The translations under genes were made by a program, and so were the position numbers. From Girardia tigrina (taxonomy: Eukaryota), in contig MQRK01233198.1 in NCBI GenBank assembly GCA_001938485.1, positions 26,139 through 77,612 on the forward strand: a stretch of DNA of 51,474 nucleotides. Direction: 5' to 3'. Under the pieces are notes generated by a model, which worked only from the letters and a program-made list of their open reading frames with translations, did not search any database and had not been told where the DNA came from. Below are positions 1 through 12,210 of this stretch, one piece after another; position 1 is the first letter of the stretch; every line of letters begins with the position of its first letter.

Positions 1-81
1 TGTAAAATGTTTATTATGTAAATATAATGTATGTAAATAAATGTCTAAATTTCTAATAAAGATAAAATGTTTAAGTGTTAA

Positions 82-110
82 CTGTAACCCTACTTTTGGC
101 CCACCCTGTA
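82..110. mobile_element. Terminal end of a Tc1/mariner-type element that probably begins before the window
   Basis: The reverse complement reads TA-CAGGGTGGGCCAAAAGTAGGG, a typical Tc1/mariner TIR start with a TA target. No partner TIR is in the window. Confidence 0.45.
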
Positions 111-502
111 TAATTAATTGAGGTTTTTATAAATAAATTTTCATGGTTTTGTTAATAACAAGATTAATTATTGATCTCATGGATTAGTTAATTATCTTTT
201 TCGAATGGTTTATTTGTTAAGAAGTTATACAAATGTATATAACCATGTATTATTTTAGTTGCAGTCTTTAATCAGATCCTCAAACTAATGTAACACAGTC
301 TCTTATGTAACAGATCTGATTGTATACGTAATAGAGATAAAGTGACAATGTGCCTTCTTAAAAATATTTGTTATTATAATTTATATTGTATAGTTGAATG
401 ACTTGTGAAAACTAACTTATTTGGTGAAAGGTAGGGTTTTGGATATTTTATGATTGTTTTTGCAAAGAATAAAAAAATAATATACTTTTACATTAACAAA
501 TA

Positions 503-1652
503 TTGGGTGACTAAATAAGCTCTTTCTGTTATGCAAAAGTAAAATAGACTGTATTGTATGTAAAATAATTTAATTCGGGCAAGTATGATCAATAACATTT
601 AGTTCTTTCTGCCAATGATTTGGTTATAAAAATTCCACTGACAAGATGTTTATACATCCTTCTTTATATTATTATATTTTTTGGTCATGTGATTATTAGG
701 AGAAAGAAATAAATAATTATCGAACGGAGAAAGATATGGAAAATAAGTTAAATGCGGAATAATTTCCAATCTCGGTTCCATTGTTGTATTTTGTGTGATT
801 CTTGGAATATGAGTTTTGGGTTTATTCTTTTTTGTCACTTAAATGAATTGCTTGCTCTGTAATTGATCTTAAACTCTTCAAATAGATTGCAGCTGTGATA
901 GGTTTCCATACATCCAATTATTCTTGATGAATAACCTTAACCGAAGTCTTTTTAATATATTATAAAATATTTTTAGGTGTTAAATATTGCTTGGAACTTT
1001 ATAATATTTATTTCTTTGACAAGAACCAGTGTTGAGACTTCTTCATATTTTAGTAAATTATCTATCTTTCATTACAAGTTAAATTCAATGAAAAAAGTCA
1101 CCTTTAAATCTGGAAATACAAGAAAATTTTGTTTTGGCATAATTCATGTGGCATATATCTGCTTAGATTACATGTTTTCCTAGTTCGTGGAAATATAATC
1201 ATATGGTTTCATCCCTTACAATAAATGTTAAATGGAAAGTTTTTTGCGAGTCAATTAGGAATTTGTTTCCATTGCTGTTCTCAAGTCATCGTTACTGAAG
1301 TCACTTATTCTACCAGCACGTGGTGCTTCTTCAACAGTTTCATCATCCAATGCAAATGTTTTAAACCAATTACGGGTAGTTCTTTTGGCTTCTGAGTTCT
1401 TTCTAAATGTTCTACAAGTTTTTGCAAAACTTCTGTTGCATTATAGTTGAGTGTAAATTCCTGCAAAAAACAAGCACAAATTAAACTTTTTTGAGCAGAC
1501 ATTTAAATGGCATAAAATTAATTAAGTAATGCAAGAAAAATATTCTAAACACGTTTGCTAACTGATTAAAACATTATGTTGGGACACAGTTTGAAGGGAT
1601 AGTAAAATATGTTTGAACAGAGAAAAGTAAAGGACCTATTTAGTTACCTAAA
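503..1652 (-). mobile_element. Old, heavily decayed full-length mariner
   Basis: Imperfect TIRs ttgggtgactaaataagctc / rc ttaggtaactaaataggtcc. Minus-strand remnants in mariner order: MSAQKSLICACFLQEFTLNYNATE (N-terminal HTH), SRYMPHEL (WVPHEL motif), LEIIPHLTYFPYLSPFDNYLFLS (PHPPYSPDLAPSDYYLF motif). Many stops and frameshifts. Confidence 0.8.
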
Positions 1653-4607
1653 ATTTATGTTGGAAGATTAAGTCAAAAAAAATTTCAAAATGTTAAAGAT
1701 GTTTAAGGAAGATTGAGAAACATATTAAACCTAATGATCCTTGTTTTTATTAAAAGATATCATATTGTTTTTGTGATATGAAAAAAAAATAATAAAAATA
1801 GTTGTCTAGATGGCATTTTTTGCAAATAAAAAAACATTTTTGACCATGACTACGTTCAGGTTTTACTAAAAAATAAATACTTTTATGTTCTTTTTTTATA
1901 AGAGGAAGAAAAAGTAGGAAAATCCAAAGAAAGTTTTTTTGGAAATTTATCAAAATCAATTATTATCATTTAATATTTACATTTAGTAATTGTAAACATT
2001 TTTCCTTTACCCGCAACAAATTTCTGGTTTCTGAATCTTTTTTTCTTGGTAGATTGTAATAAAAACCCAATCCTAGTTAGACATTTGTTAAACTTTTGTT
2101 AAAATACAATTTAAAACTTTATCTTTTTTCCATTCAAACATTATTTTTTATGTTAAAACATAAAAAAATTATCTTTGAGTTTTAATGGCTCATAAGCAGT
2201 AGAATTAATCTTCTAATGAAACAGAAAATTTAGATTAATCTTAAATGTGAAAGATATAAAATTCTGTAAGGCAAGCACGTCGTGTATGATTCCCATATTA
2301 TATTATCACGGCGCATTTTCATTAAGCCCCCTTCGCCTTTTATCATTAACGCCGCACTTTATTATACATATTACATGACGTAATAAAAATTAAATAAAGT
2401 AATATAAACAATGTTACATAAATTTATATAAATTTATAAAATATTCGTAAATAAATATAAAGTGTCATTTTAAATTGAAATCAAAACCGAATAAATAGAA
2501 TAATATATAAAAATATTTTAGCAATCATTGCTAGCGGTTCTTTCGATAGTAAAATCCACAAAAATTAAAAGCAAAAAATCTTATTTATTTAAGCAACAAA
2601 TAATATGTCATAATAAATAACGAATATTTTTTAATACTTTGTCTACAAACTAAACTTTTTTGTGCGGTGTTTTCTTTTAAATACGTTTTGATAGATTAAA
2701 AAAAATAATTTTTATAAACCAAATAATCATTTTTATCTTTTTTATTATTATTATTTTTGGTTTTTCAGTTTTATTTTTAAATTTGGATATTTAGTTTTTC
2801 AATGGTTTTATTATTCAAATTTTACGGTTTTATTAATGTCACTTGAAAAAAAAGGATTTTGAAGATTGTATTTAATTTATATTTTCTCCTTAAATATTAA
2901 CTTAAAAATAGTTAAGTGATATAAAAATGATTGTCAAATGTCTTCAAGGTCTTGGACATGTACTGTAAGCTCTTTCGAAGAGTTATTGTCTCTTGAAAAG
3001 CATTTACAAGGATATATGTACAAAAAGAAAAGTCTAAATTGTCATAACGTAAAAAATAGGTTGTATATTTTGTAAAAATTATTTCAAGTACAGGTAGCAT
3101 TTTTTAGTTATAAGTACTTGAAAAATTTAGTTATTTATTTTTCTGCAAGTGTTGAAAAAAAACTATTGAGAGTTGTCATAATAGTTTCTGTGCAATGTCG
3201 CAAGTATGAGACATTTCATATATAATTGACACAAAACGCTAGTAACGCTATATATTGTATATAGTCATATTTTAAAGAGAATATACTACTTTATAATCGA
3301 CCATTCGAGGTCGTAAAATCTTTTTCAGGTAATGTTTTAAAGTAATAATTACATTAACTTTATAATTGATATCTTCCAATCATCTTTGTTTGCTGTATCT
3401 TATGTTTTATATCCTTGATGATGTGTTTGTTATAACAATAAAATCATAAAACATGGAGTAAACTGGTGTCTGAAAATTATTTTTGTTCCGCATTTCATAC
3501 ACATACACTTTACGGTAAATATAATTTATTATCTTTCATTAATAAATAATTTAGCTATAAATTGGTGTTCCAGTGATCTTAAAAAAGTTGATCTATGAAA
3601 CGATTGTCTAACTATAAAAAGAATAACTGTAATTATTCATATGTAAACAACTAGAGTGCCTAAAACTCCAATTTAAACACAAATATAAATCAAAAAAAAA
3701 TATATATTAATTTTTATTAAATAAAAGTAAAATTCTTGTTGACTTTTTTAAATCGTATTTTGTTTTAAAGCGTAGTTAGAACTAAATACACCATTTGATT
3801 TGTAAATTACTGTATATGTTCATGTACCTTAAACACTCCATTGCTAATGACCATTGGTCATATACTTATGTAAACTTCACAAACACTTCACATTGACTCG
3901 AAGCAAATCAGATTTAGGCTTCTAAAAACTGAAGAATATATCAATTTATACATAAATGTAAAGTTTCCATGCATAGAACTTTTTTTATACTTCTTTCTAC
4001 TTTATTTTTTAGTTAACTCAAAAAAATATTTCAATATTTATTTCTCTTTTTCTTAATAATTAAAAGCTTGACTAACAATTATTTTTTTTAATAAAAAGTA
4101 TAAAATTATTATGATTATAAATTGTTTTTCTATAGAAAATAGATTTGTATTTTGGGACATTTATTTATTCATATGGTCTCATTTTGTTTTGCATAAAGTA
4201 GTTAGTTTGAGACAAATTTGAGAAATGTTTTGAATTTTGTTACCTATATTTACTTAACATGTTAAGTAAATCGAATTGGGTTTTTAACATGTTAAAATAA
4301 TTTAAGATTTATGAGATGTTTAATGACATAAAACATATTTAGTGGCGTTTTTTTTGTTAAATTAAATGTTTTTTATTTTAAAGTTTATTTAAAATATTAA
4401 AAGGAAATCAATAGAATTCTACCTGATAATTTCGTTTTTTTTGTAAAGCGTTGGAAGCGTTTGAAATGTTAAAGTTCCTCGTAATGGTTTTACATAATCT
4501 ATGTCGTGACGTAACAATGATAATTATCCTTTACTAATCTAGTACAGCAAGACCCAAAGAATTCTTTGCTTTGACTACAGAATCAATTTATATACAATTA
4601 AATAATA

Positions 4608-5822
4608 TTAGGTTGATGCATAAGTTTTTAGCTCTTCATTTATTATAAAAGAAATATAACTACATGATTTAATTGATTAATTGATTTAAAAATAAATGCT
4701 CGTTTTTTCTAAGACTATCAAAAATGAACAAAATTCATCTTCGACATTGCATGCTTTTTATGTTTAATTTAGGAAAAAACACCACCGAAACATTGGATCA
4801 AATTACGCAAGCCAATGCAGCTAATATTGTTTCATATGCCACGGCCAAGAATTGGTTTAAGAAGTTCAGAAATGGTGAGTACGACCTAGAGGACAAACAG
4901 AGAAGCGGAAGACCTAAAGAAACTGAAGATTCGGAATCGGAGGCATTGCTTCAAGTGGATTCAACCGTGGTGACAAGAGATATGACTAAGATCCTCGAAA
5001 TCGATCAATCAACGGTGCAACGAAGACTTACGGCAATGAGAAAAGTTTTGAAAGTTGGACATTAGGTTCCGCACCAGTTATCACATGCAAATATTGCACA
5101 AAGACTAAATTTGTGCGTTGCACTTCTTTCACGTCACCACCGTAAATTGTTTTTGTGGAGAATTGTCACCGGGGACGAAAAATGGGTGTATTACGAAAAC
5201 CCACAGCGTAAAGGATCATAGATAGGTGCTGGTCAACCTTCAACTTCAACGCCAAAACCTAATCTTCATAGCAAGAAATTGTTGCTCTGCATATGGTGGG
5301 ACATGAAGGAAGTCCTCTGTTATGAGTTACTTAAACCTGGAGAAACAATCACGGCACAACACTACAGTGGACATTTGTTGAAACTGAGCGAAAAAGTTAA
5401 AGAATTGCGGCCGCAACATTGACATTCGATGAAAAAAATCATTATACTCCACGATAACGCTACACTACATGTAGCGAAAGCGACAAAAAATACAATTTTG
5501 GAACTGGGATGGGATGTTATACCGCATCCGGCGTATTCTCCGGACATTGCTCCATCCGATTTTCATTTGTTTCGCTCTCTACAACATACTCTGGCTGGTA
5601 AGCGATTCAAACAAGAAAGTGATGTGCGAAATTGCATGGATGAATTCATGGTATCGAAACCAGAAAATCTTTTCACCGATGGAATTAGAAAATTACCGGA
5701 AAGATGGCAAAAAGTAATTGATTGTAACGGCGAATACTTCACCGATTAATATTTTGTAGTTCCTTTAGAAATTCTTTGATAAAAGTATTAAAAATAGGCT
5801 AAAAACTTATGCATCAACCTAA
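4608..5822 (+). mobile_element. Full-length mariner element (1215 bp)
   Basis: Perfect 25-bp TIRs TTAGGTTGATGCATAAGTTTTTAGC (4608-4632 and 5798-5822), flanked by TA at 4606-4607 and 5823-5824. Transposase inside. Confidence 0.97.
4724..5749 (+). pseudogene. Mariner D,D34D transposase pseudogene (one reading frame, 3 nonsense codons)
   Basis: One frame of 342 codons: *VPHQL, IVTGDEKW, HD-x34-D (HDNA...YSPDIAPSDFHLF). In-frame stops TAG 5063-5065, TAG 5219-5221 and TGA 5420-5422. Confidence 0.95.
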
Positions 5823-6248
5823 TAATAGCTGCTTATATCTATCAGTTTTTGTAAAAAAAGTTATTATCAAGTATATTAACTTTATTTTCTAGTTTTTGAA
5901 TGCCAACACAAAAGATGTAAATTATTAAACAAAACTCCAGTTACTATAATAATAATTATATCTAATTGTAAAATAAATTAAGTACATGTAAACATTTTGT
6001 TGGGTTCAATTCAATATTGTTTGTTTCCATACTATTAAATTAAAACGAAAGTTAAATTTAACTACGATCTCGATACGAAAAAATAGTAAGTCAAACTGTT
6101 TTCCAAGAATGAATTTCATACATCTGTTGATGGTAATTGTAAAAGAGCTAACTGAACCGGATGTTTCAATAACAAATTTTCAATAACTTTTTACAAATAA
6201 AATCAATAAATGAAACTATAAAAAATTAATTTTAATTTAGTTAAACTA

Positions 6249-7429
6249 CAGGGTGCGGCAGCTATTTGAGAACAAAATGACATAAAGTTCAAAAAATGAA
6301 TATACAACAGAAAAATAACATTTATTACAATTTAAAATTTTACATATATTAACACGTACNNNNNNNNNNNNNNNNNNNNNNNNNNNNNNNNNNNNNNNNN
6401 NNNNNNNNNNNNNNNNNNNNNNNNNNNNNNNNNNNNNNNNNNNNNNNNNNNNNNNNNNNNNNNNNNNNNNNNNNNNNNNNNNNNNNNNNNNNNNNNNNNN
6501 NNNNNNNNNNNNNNNNNNNNNNNNNNNNNNNNNNNNNNNNNNNNNNNNNNNNNNNNNNNNNNNNNNNNNNNNNNNNNNNNNNNNNNNNNNNNNNNNNNNN
6601 NNNNNNNNNNNNNNNNNNNNNNNNNNNNNNNNNNNNNNNNNNNNNNNNNNNNNNNNNNNNNNNNNNNNNNNNNNNNNNNNNNNNNNNNNNNNNNNNNNNN
6701 NNNNNNNNNNNNNNNNNNNNNNNNNNNNNNNNNNNNNNNNNNNNNNNNNNNNNNNNNNNNNNNNNNNNNNNNNNNNNNNNNNNNNNNNNNNNNNNNNNNN
6801 NNNNNNNNNNNNNNNNNNNNNNNNNNNNNNNNNNNNNNNNNNNNNNNNNNNNNNNNNNNNNNNNNNNNNNNNNNNNNNNNNNNNNNNNNNNNNNNNNNNN
6901 NNNNNNNNNNNNNNNNNNNNNNNNNNNNNNNNNNNNNNNNNNNNNNNNNNNNNNNNNNNNNNNNNNNNNNNNNNNNNNNNNNNNNNNNNNNNNNNNNNNN
7001 NNNNNNNNNNNNNNNNNNNNNNNNNNNNNNNNNNNNNNNNNNNNNNNNNNNNNNNNNNNNNNNNNNNNNNNNNNNNNNNNNNNNNNNNNNNNNNNNNNNN
7101 NNNNNNNNNNNNNNNNNNNNNNNNNNNNNNNNNNNNNNNNNNNNNNNNNNNNNNNNNNNNNNNNNNNNNNNNNNNNNNNNNNNNNNNNNNNNNNNNNNNN
7201 NNNNNNNNNNNNNNNNNNNNNNNNNNNNNNNNNNNNNNNNNNNNNNNNNNNNNNNNNNNNNNNNNNNNNNNNNNNNNNNNNNNNNNNNNNNNNNNNNNNN
7301 NNNNNNNNNNNNNNNNNNNNTAAGAGTAGCTTCTGCCATGTCTACCAGCAAAAATAAAATTATGTAATTATAACACACAAAAAGATATGGTGTCTATATT
7401 ACGTGTTCTCAAATAGCTGCCGCACCCTG
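6249..7429 (-). mobile_element. Tc1/mariner-superfamily element whose interior is an assembly gap
   Basis: Perfect 26-bp TIRs CAGGGTGCGGCAGCTATTTGAGAACA (6249-6274 and 7404-7429) with TA on both sides. Minus-strand MAEATL runs into the gap, so the strand is tentative. Confidence 0.85.
6360..7320. other. Assembly gap (other gaps: 20767-20816, 48416-48465, 48722-48935, 51014-51067)
   Basis: Runs of N. Confidence 1.
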
Positions 7430-7929
7430 TATATTAAAAATATAAAACTAACTGAAAAATCACAAATGTGCTTTTCACAGTGAAACAGGAACAAAGTTAC
7501 TTGTCAAATAATTGGGTCGTCAAATAACGGGTCTCAATAGTTTGAATAATTCGTATTGCAATTGCAAATATTGATTGAGTTCGAGAGAGATTCCTCGAGT
7601 TAGAAACAATTGCCGGGTTTAGTAGAATTGTTGTTATTGATTTGGACGACTGTCGATGACGATGAATGAGGATGGGAATTGATGGATTGACGTACGATAT
7701 TGAGAATATTGTTGTGAAATTGTTTTTGAATTATAATTGCTAAATGGTTTTCTGTTGATTGATTTGCAATTTGACTTTACTCTGTTCTTCGTTACACTAC
7801 AAATTTTGGTTTACGACAAAAGATCTCAATAAATCCGAGAATTGTTGCTATAATCGCTTATGGTTTATCGGTATCATATTGACATTTTTTATCGATAACA
7901 ATAATCGATTTTATTTATTCTATTAATTA

Positions 7930-7933
<4 letters not shown>

Positions 7934-7967
<34 letters not shown>
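7934..7967. repeat. (TA)n microsatellite; others at about 13490-13528, 18608-18645, 19316-19340, 19577-19612, 20718-20842, 24797-24831, 30720-30752
   Basis: Read directly. Confidence 0.95.
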
Positions 7968-7969
<2 letters not shown>

Positions 7970-9499
7970 CATATGTATGTATAAATATGTTAGTGACTGT
8001 AGGGCACTAAAGAAATAACAAATAAGGACTTAATCAAATAATTTCTAAATTAGTCGGCGGTAAGATTGATAAGAAAATGAATTATGTTGGTTCAAAAAAG
8101 AGACCCGAGTTTTCCGAAAATAGAGATACATAAGCTTGTATTTTGGTATCTTTGACCCTCTCAAACTGCATCCAAATAGAAGGCCATAAGCCTTCATTTG
8201 TACAAATGTTTCAATTTGTGAAGTGTGCATAGGACAACAAAAATAGCAAAATTTAATATATTTTCAAAACATAATTTTATTTATCATTATTTTAAAAAAG
8301 AGTTCCGTATATAACACTTTCCACAATTAAAAAACTCCTTCTGTGGTCTTCAAAATGGCCAACAAATAAAAGTAGTAAATCCTCTTAAATTTGGTTAATG
8401 TTGATTCAAATGCTCTCTTTCAACTCATGAAATACTGAATATTTCTTGGTACGCAATGTTCTTAAGATATTTCTATTTCTCAAAATCACAGTGGTTATGA
8501 TCAAAGAAGAGGGTACAAGTTAATTACGAACAGCATAAGTTACATGTGGTTATGTATAGTCTTATATAAAGATGATTACAAAAAAAAGATGATTTTACAA
8601 AAAGCAAAGAACTTTTCGGACTTCGTTTATACAGATAATTTATTTTAAATATACATTTACTTAGTTATTTTAATCACATTTCCACAATTTTTTATTTTGT
8701 TAATTTAAGTATTTTTAATTTCGTCTCCAAATGGAACTCCGTAAGCTCTTGTTTAGAAGGACAACCTCCAACTGTAAGCCCTAGGTTTGCCTCTAAACGA
8801 AAAATTCTGATAGTCATTTAATTTCAAATAAATGGAAAATGATATAGAAATACAATAAAAAATGCAAAAAGAATAATGGTAGAAGTGATGTTAAAATATT
8901 TGATATCCATTATTCATTTTTTATAACAGTGGTGACATGTCTTTTAAAAATATTTTTTTTATTTTCGAATAATAATAATTGAAAATTAGTAATTGATATT
9001 TAAATTTTAGATTTTTATGTCGAAAATTATTTGATTTTAGATACAATGGCATTATATGGCTACTACTTGTCTCTATGTCTTTTTCTTATAATTTTATTTT
9101 AAAAAGTTAAAATGTGTTTCATTTATTATTTAATATTTTGAACACTTTCCCAAAAGTGATGAGCATTTTCTAAATGATTTTAAATGTGTTATTTTTTTCA
9201 AATATTAACCGCTATAAAACAATTATAATTGCTGATAAATTTCAATTATATTAACATCAGACAATTGAAAAAGTAAGTCTAAAAGCTTACTTTTTAACTT
9301 ATCTTAACAGAGACCCTGAACAACGGTATTGGTTGGTAATGGTTGAATGATGATTCAGTAGAAATTATCTTGATCAATTATTAATACAATATTCCGATTA
9401 TTCTTTATATTATTAAAATTATATTTCCAAAATATCCTTAAAATAAATCTTGTTTTGTTCAGCATTTTTCTTGTCAAATTGGATATGTAAATTGTGTTT

Positions 9500-9760
9500 A
9501 CCTTCGATATCCGTCTAGTTGAAGATTAGGTTAGGATTTCTTCCTCACACTTGTCTGTAGGAGTGTTTTAGTAATGGTCTTAAAAACTTTGAAAATTCAT
9601 AAGTCACATAAAGCAAACAGGACAGTAGTTTTGACAAAATGTTCAAGAAATCCTTTAAAAATCTTATGAAAGTGCTCTTATTGTCACGAAAATTATGTCT
9701 TGTAAAGTCTTGAATCAATAATTTTAGTGAATAACTCAACTGGAGACCACTTTTGAAAGA
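9500..9760 (-). mobile_element. Possible highly decayed piggyBac-like transposase remnant
   Basis: Minus-strand fragments WSPVELF, NFRDN and KHSYRQV*GRNP resemble piggyBac motifs (SP.ELF, F.DN, RHS.KQ.I.GKP) in the right order but much compressed. Confidence 0.3.
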
Positions 9761-9946
9761 ACTAAAGAATAGAAGTGTTTATTGTTTTCTTTCTCTATTA
9801 CCTTCAACAAAATTATGTCATATTTAAAGTGAAGTTGAAAAAACTTGATAGCAATCATGTTCATAAAAATTTAATTTTTATATATGTAATAAAAATATAC
9901 AATGAAAAATGTAAATGACATTTAATTTCATTTTGAATTTTTTTGA

Positions 9947-10276
9947 AAATATATTTATTTCATTATTGGAACAATTAGCAAAACGAGTTAAAATTAACTT
10001 AATGAAACAAGTCACTTTTAAAAACCAATCAGCGGAGCGGTGCCTTGTTCGTACCCCTTGGGTTTACCCTGATGATAATAATAATTCATCATTTAAATTT
10101 TTTTGATCTAAATATGCGTTTTTTATTTAATAACAAAACGGTTATTATCATCAGGGTAAACCCAAGGGGTACGAACAAGGCACCGCTCCGCTGATTGATT
10201 TTTAAAAGTGACTTGTTTCATTAAGTTAATTTTAACTCGTTTTGCTAATTGTTCCAATAATGAAATAAATATATTT
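9947..10276. repeat. Long inverted repeat: 135-bp arms (9947-10081 and 10142-10276), 60-bp spacer
   Basis: The arms are reverse complements with a single mismatch found (aaaaCcaatc vs aaaaTcaatc). Confidence 0.97.
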
Positions 10277-11361
10277 AAACCAGGTTATATAAACCAATAT
10301 ATAAAGTTAATTTTTGTAGTTACATTGCACAATCAAATATTGTATTAACAAATTTCTCGCTCCAAATAAAAAGCATATTTTTCAAAATAAATCAAACGTT
10401 TTTACAAAGCAAGTTTCTATAATTCCATCTCTGAATCTTCTGATCTTGTGGCTTATTTTTTTAAAAAGATAAGGTTGAAAGTTATTGAATTTTCAAGCAT
10501 ACCATAAACAAAAAGCCTAACAATCGAATATTCAAATGTTGTTTCTATAAATTTCCCAACAATTGTAAAATAATAAAACTATAAAAAAATTATATAAAAC
10601 CGAAAATACAAAAAAGCAAATGATAAAATTATTTTAATCTTTTTTAAAAATAAAGCTCTTAGACCGCTTAAAAAACTCATATAATGTGAATAATTTGTTA
10701 CTTGTTTCATAAATTTACCACATTAACACTCATTTATGTTTTTTTATTATTTTCTCATGAGATTAATATGTTTTGTAAATATTTTTAGCAAAATATCATC
10801 AATAATTTGTTTAAAACATATTTTTATGAAGTACAAATTACAATGGTTTTTGTCGTTCAATTGTGTTTATATACACGTTAAAATATGCAAAATTGTCATT
10901 TTTTCAACAAATTTATAAAATAGTAATTTCCCCATATTTCGATCAAAATGATATTGAAAATACGGAAATAATAATGTTTTAAATCCATTTTAGCAGTATT
11001 GTTTAGATAAAGTATTGTTATAATTTAATTAATTGGTGGAAATATAATTTAGGTTTTTAACTTTTAAATTAATATTTTAGAACTTCTCGTAAATTTTAAA
11101 AATTGTTAAAATTATTTTGTAAAAGATATTATTTTCTATATTATTTTTCTGTACAGTATGTTGACATGAATATCAAACTCTTCATGTAACTTATTCATGT
11201 TGACTTTCTTCATATTTCCATTACCAATGTTCGTTCTGCTCTTTCAAAAAGAAATGTTTTCATCTTAATTTTTCAATTTGTTTCTTTATTGTTCGGTATT
11301 ATTGCTGTTTTTGCCGATTTTAATTTCCTCGGCCCTCTGATGGTCATTTCTTTCTGTCCCA

Positions 11362-11406
11362 TTGACCATGAATGTCTCCACAAATTTTTGTAGGTGCTGA
11401 AATTTC
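11362..11406 (-). pseudogene. Short PPP-family (PP1-like) phosphatase fragment fused behind the cyclophilin piece
   Basis: EISAPTKICGDIHGQ matches PP1 ELEAPLKICGDIHGQ (GDxHG metallophosphoesterase motif). Confidence 0.75.
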
Positions 11407-11433
11407 GTCGCACTTCATCTCAAAAATCTCGTC

Positions 11434-11638
11434 GCCAATAGGAATTCCATCTCTACGGTATTTGCCCGTACAGAATTTTACGAAAATTATCCGCAGTTTT
11501 CGGGACAATATTGGCAACAATATCGAACTGTATTCTGCCAATATCCTGACCACCAACACTGACATCGAAAAATACGACTGGATTTGACGAATTTCCCATT
11601 TGAGATTCAACAGCAGGTAAGACGATTTCTGCGGACAT
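11434..11638 (-). pseudogene. Cyclophilin (PPIH/cyclophilin-H-like) N-terminal fragment, frameshifted and intronless
   Basis: MSAEIV...NPVVFFDVSVGGQDIGRIQFDIVANIVPKTADNFRK, then a 1-nt insertion in the T4 run at 11476-11479, then FCTGKYRRDGIPIG, which matches the PPIH pattern FRQFCTGEFRKDGVPIG. Confidence 0.85.
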
Positions 11639-11984
11639 TTTTACACGATTATCTCCAAATGTCTTCATAAAATAATTCACATTAAAAATATAGCCAAAAG
11701 GCAAAGTAATCTGTTCTTTTAAATTAGACATTCAATCTCAAATAATGACAAGAAATCGATATTGCTATATAATATTTATTCGTTTTCAAAAATTACAATT
11801 GATTCGTTTAAACAAACGAATTTAAATTCAAAATATTCTAACAATATAAAAATTCTTATTCAACATATAACAATAAATATATACATATATCTATATATAA
11901 TTTTTTATTAAACATTTTTTTTACGTATATAAAATTTTTATTTTACAATTTTAATAAAAAATTTTAATTCATTCTGAAACAATT

Positions 11985-12210
11985 GCACTGTTTCACGATG
12001 TTTGATATCTTCGTTTTAAAAACACCAAGCTGCCTTTATATATCAGTAAAACGTTTTCCATGGTTGACTTTGTACATCTTTGAATCACACATTTCTGAAT
12101 CAAAAACATTACTTTTCAAAATGTTTAATTTAACAAAGAACTCGTGCTCCTTTTCCTTTACCACAGGTTTGGCCATAATTTTGGTCGAAGTCTTTCGTTT
12201 ATAATTTGAT
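11985..12210 (-). mobile_element. Possible pogo/Tigger (CENP-B-type HTH) N-terminal remnant
   Basis: KVNHGKRFTDI*RQLGVFKTKISNIVK resembles the HTH_psq pattern G...DIAR.FGV.KSTIS.I.K. Confidence 0.35.

Noticed and set aside
5063-5422. Alternative genetic code (stop read as Trp)
   Set aside because: Both TAG and TGA occur, only in decayed TEs. The host exons have no internal stops and use TGG.
6332-7378. 348-aa ORF, and the ORFs at 48276, 48664, 48717 and 50967
   Set aside because: Their length comes largely or partly from translating N gaps.
6050-7800. Minus-strand exon-like stretches on either side of the gap element
   Set aside because: Splice-like signals exist, but every frame has stops and no recognisable motif.
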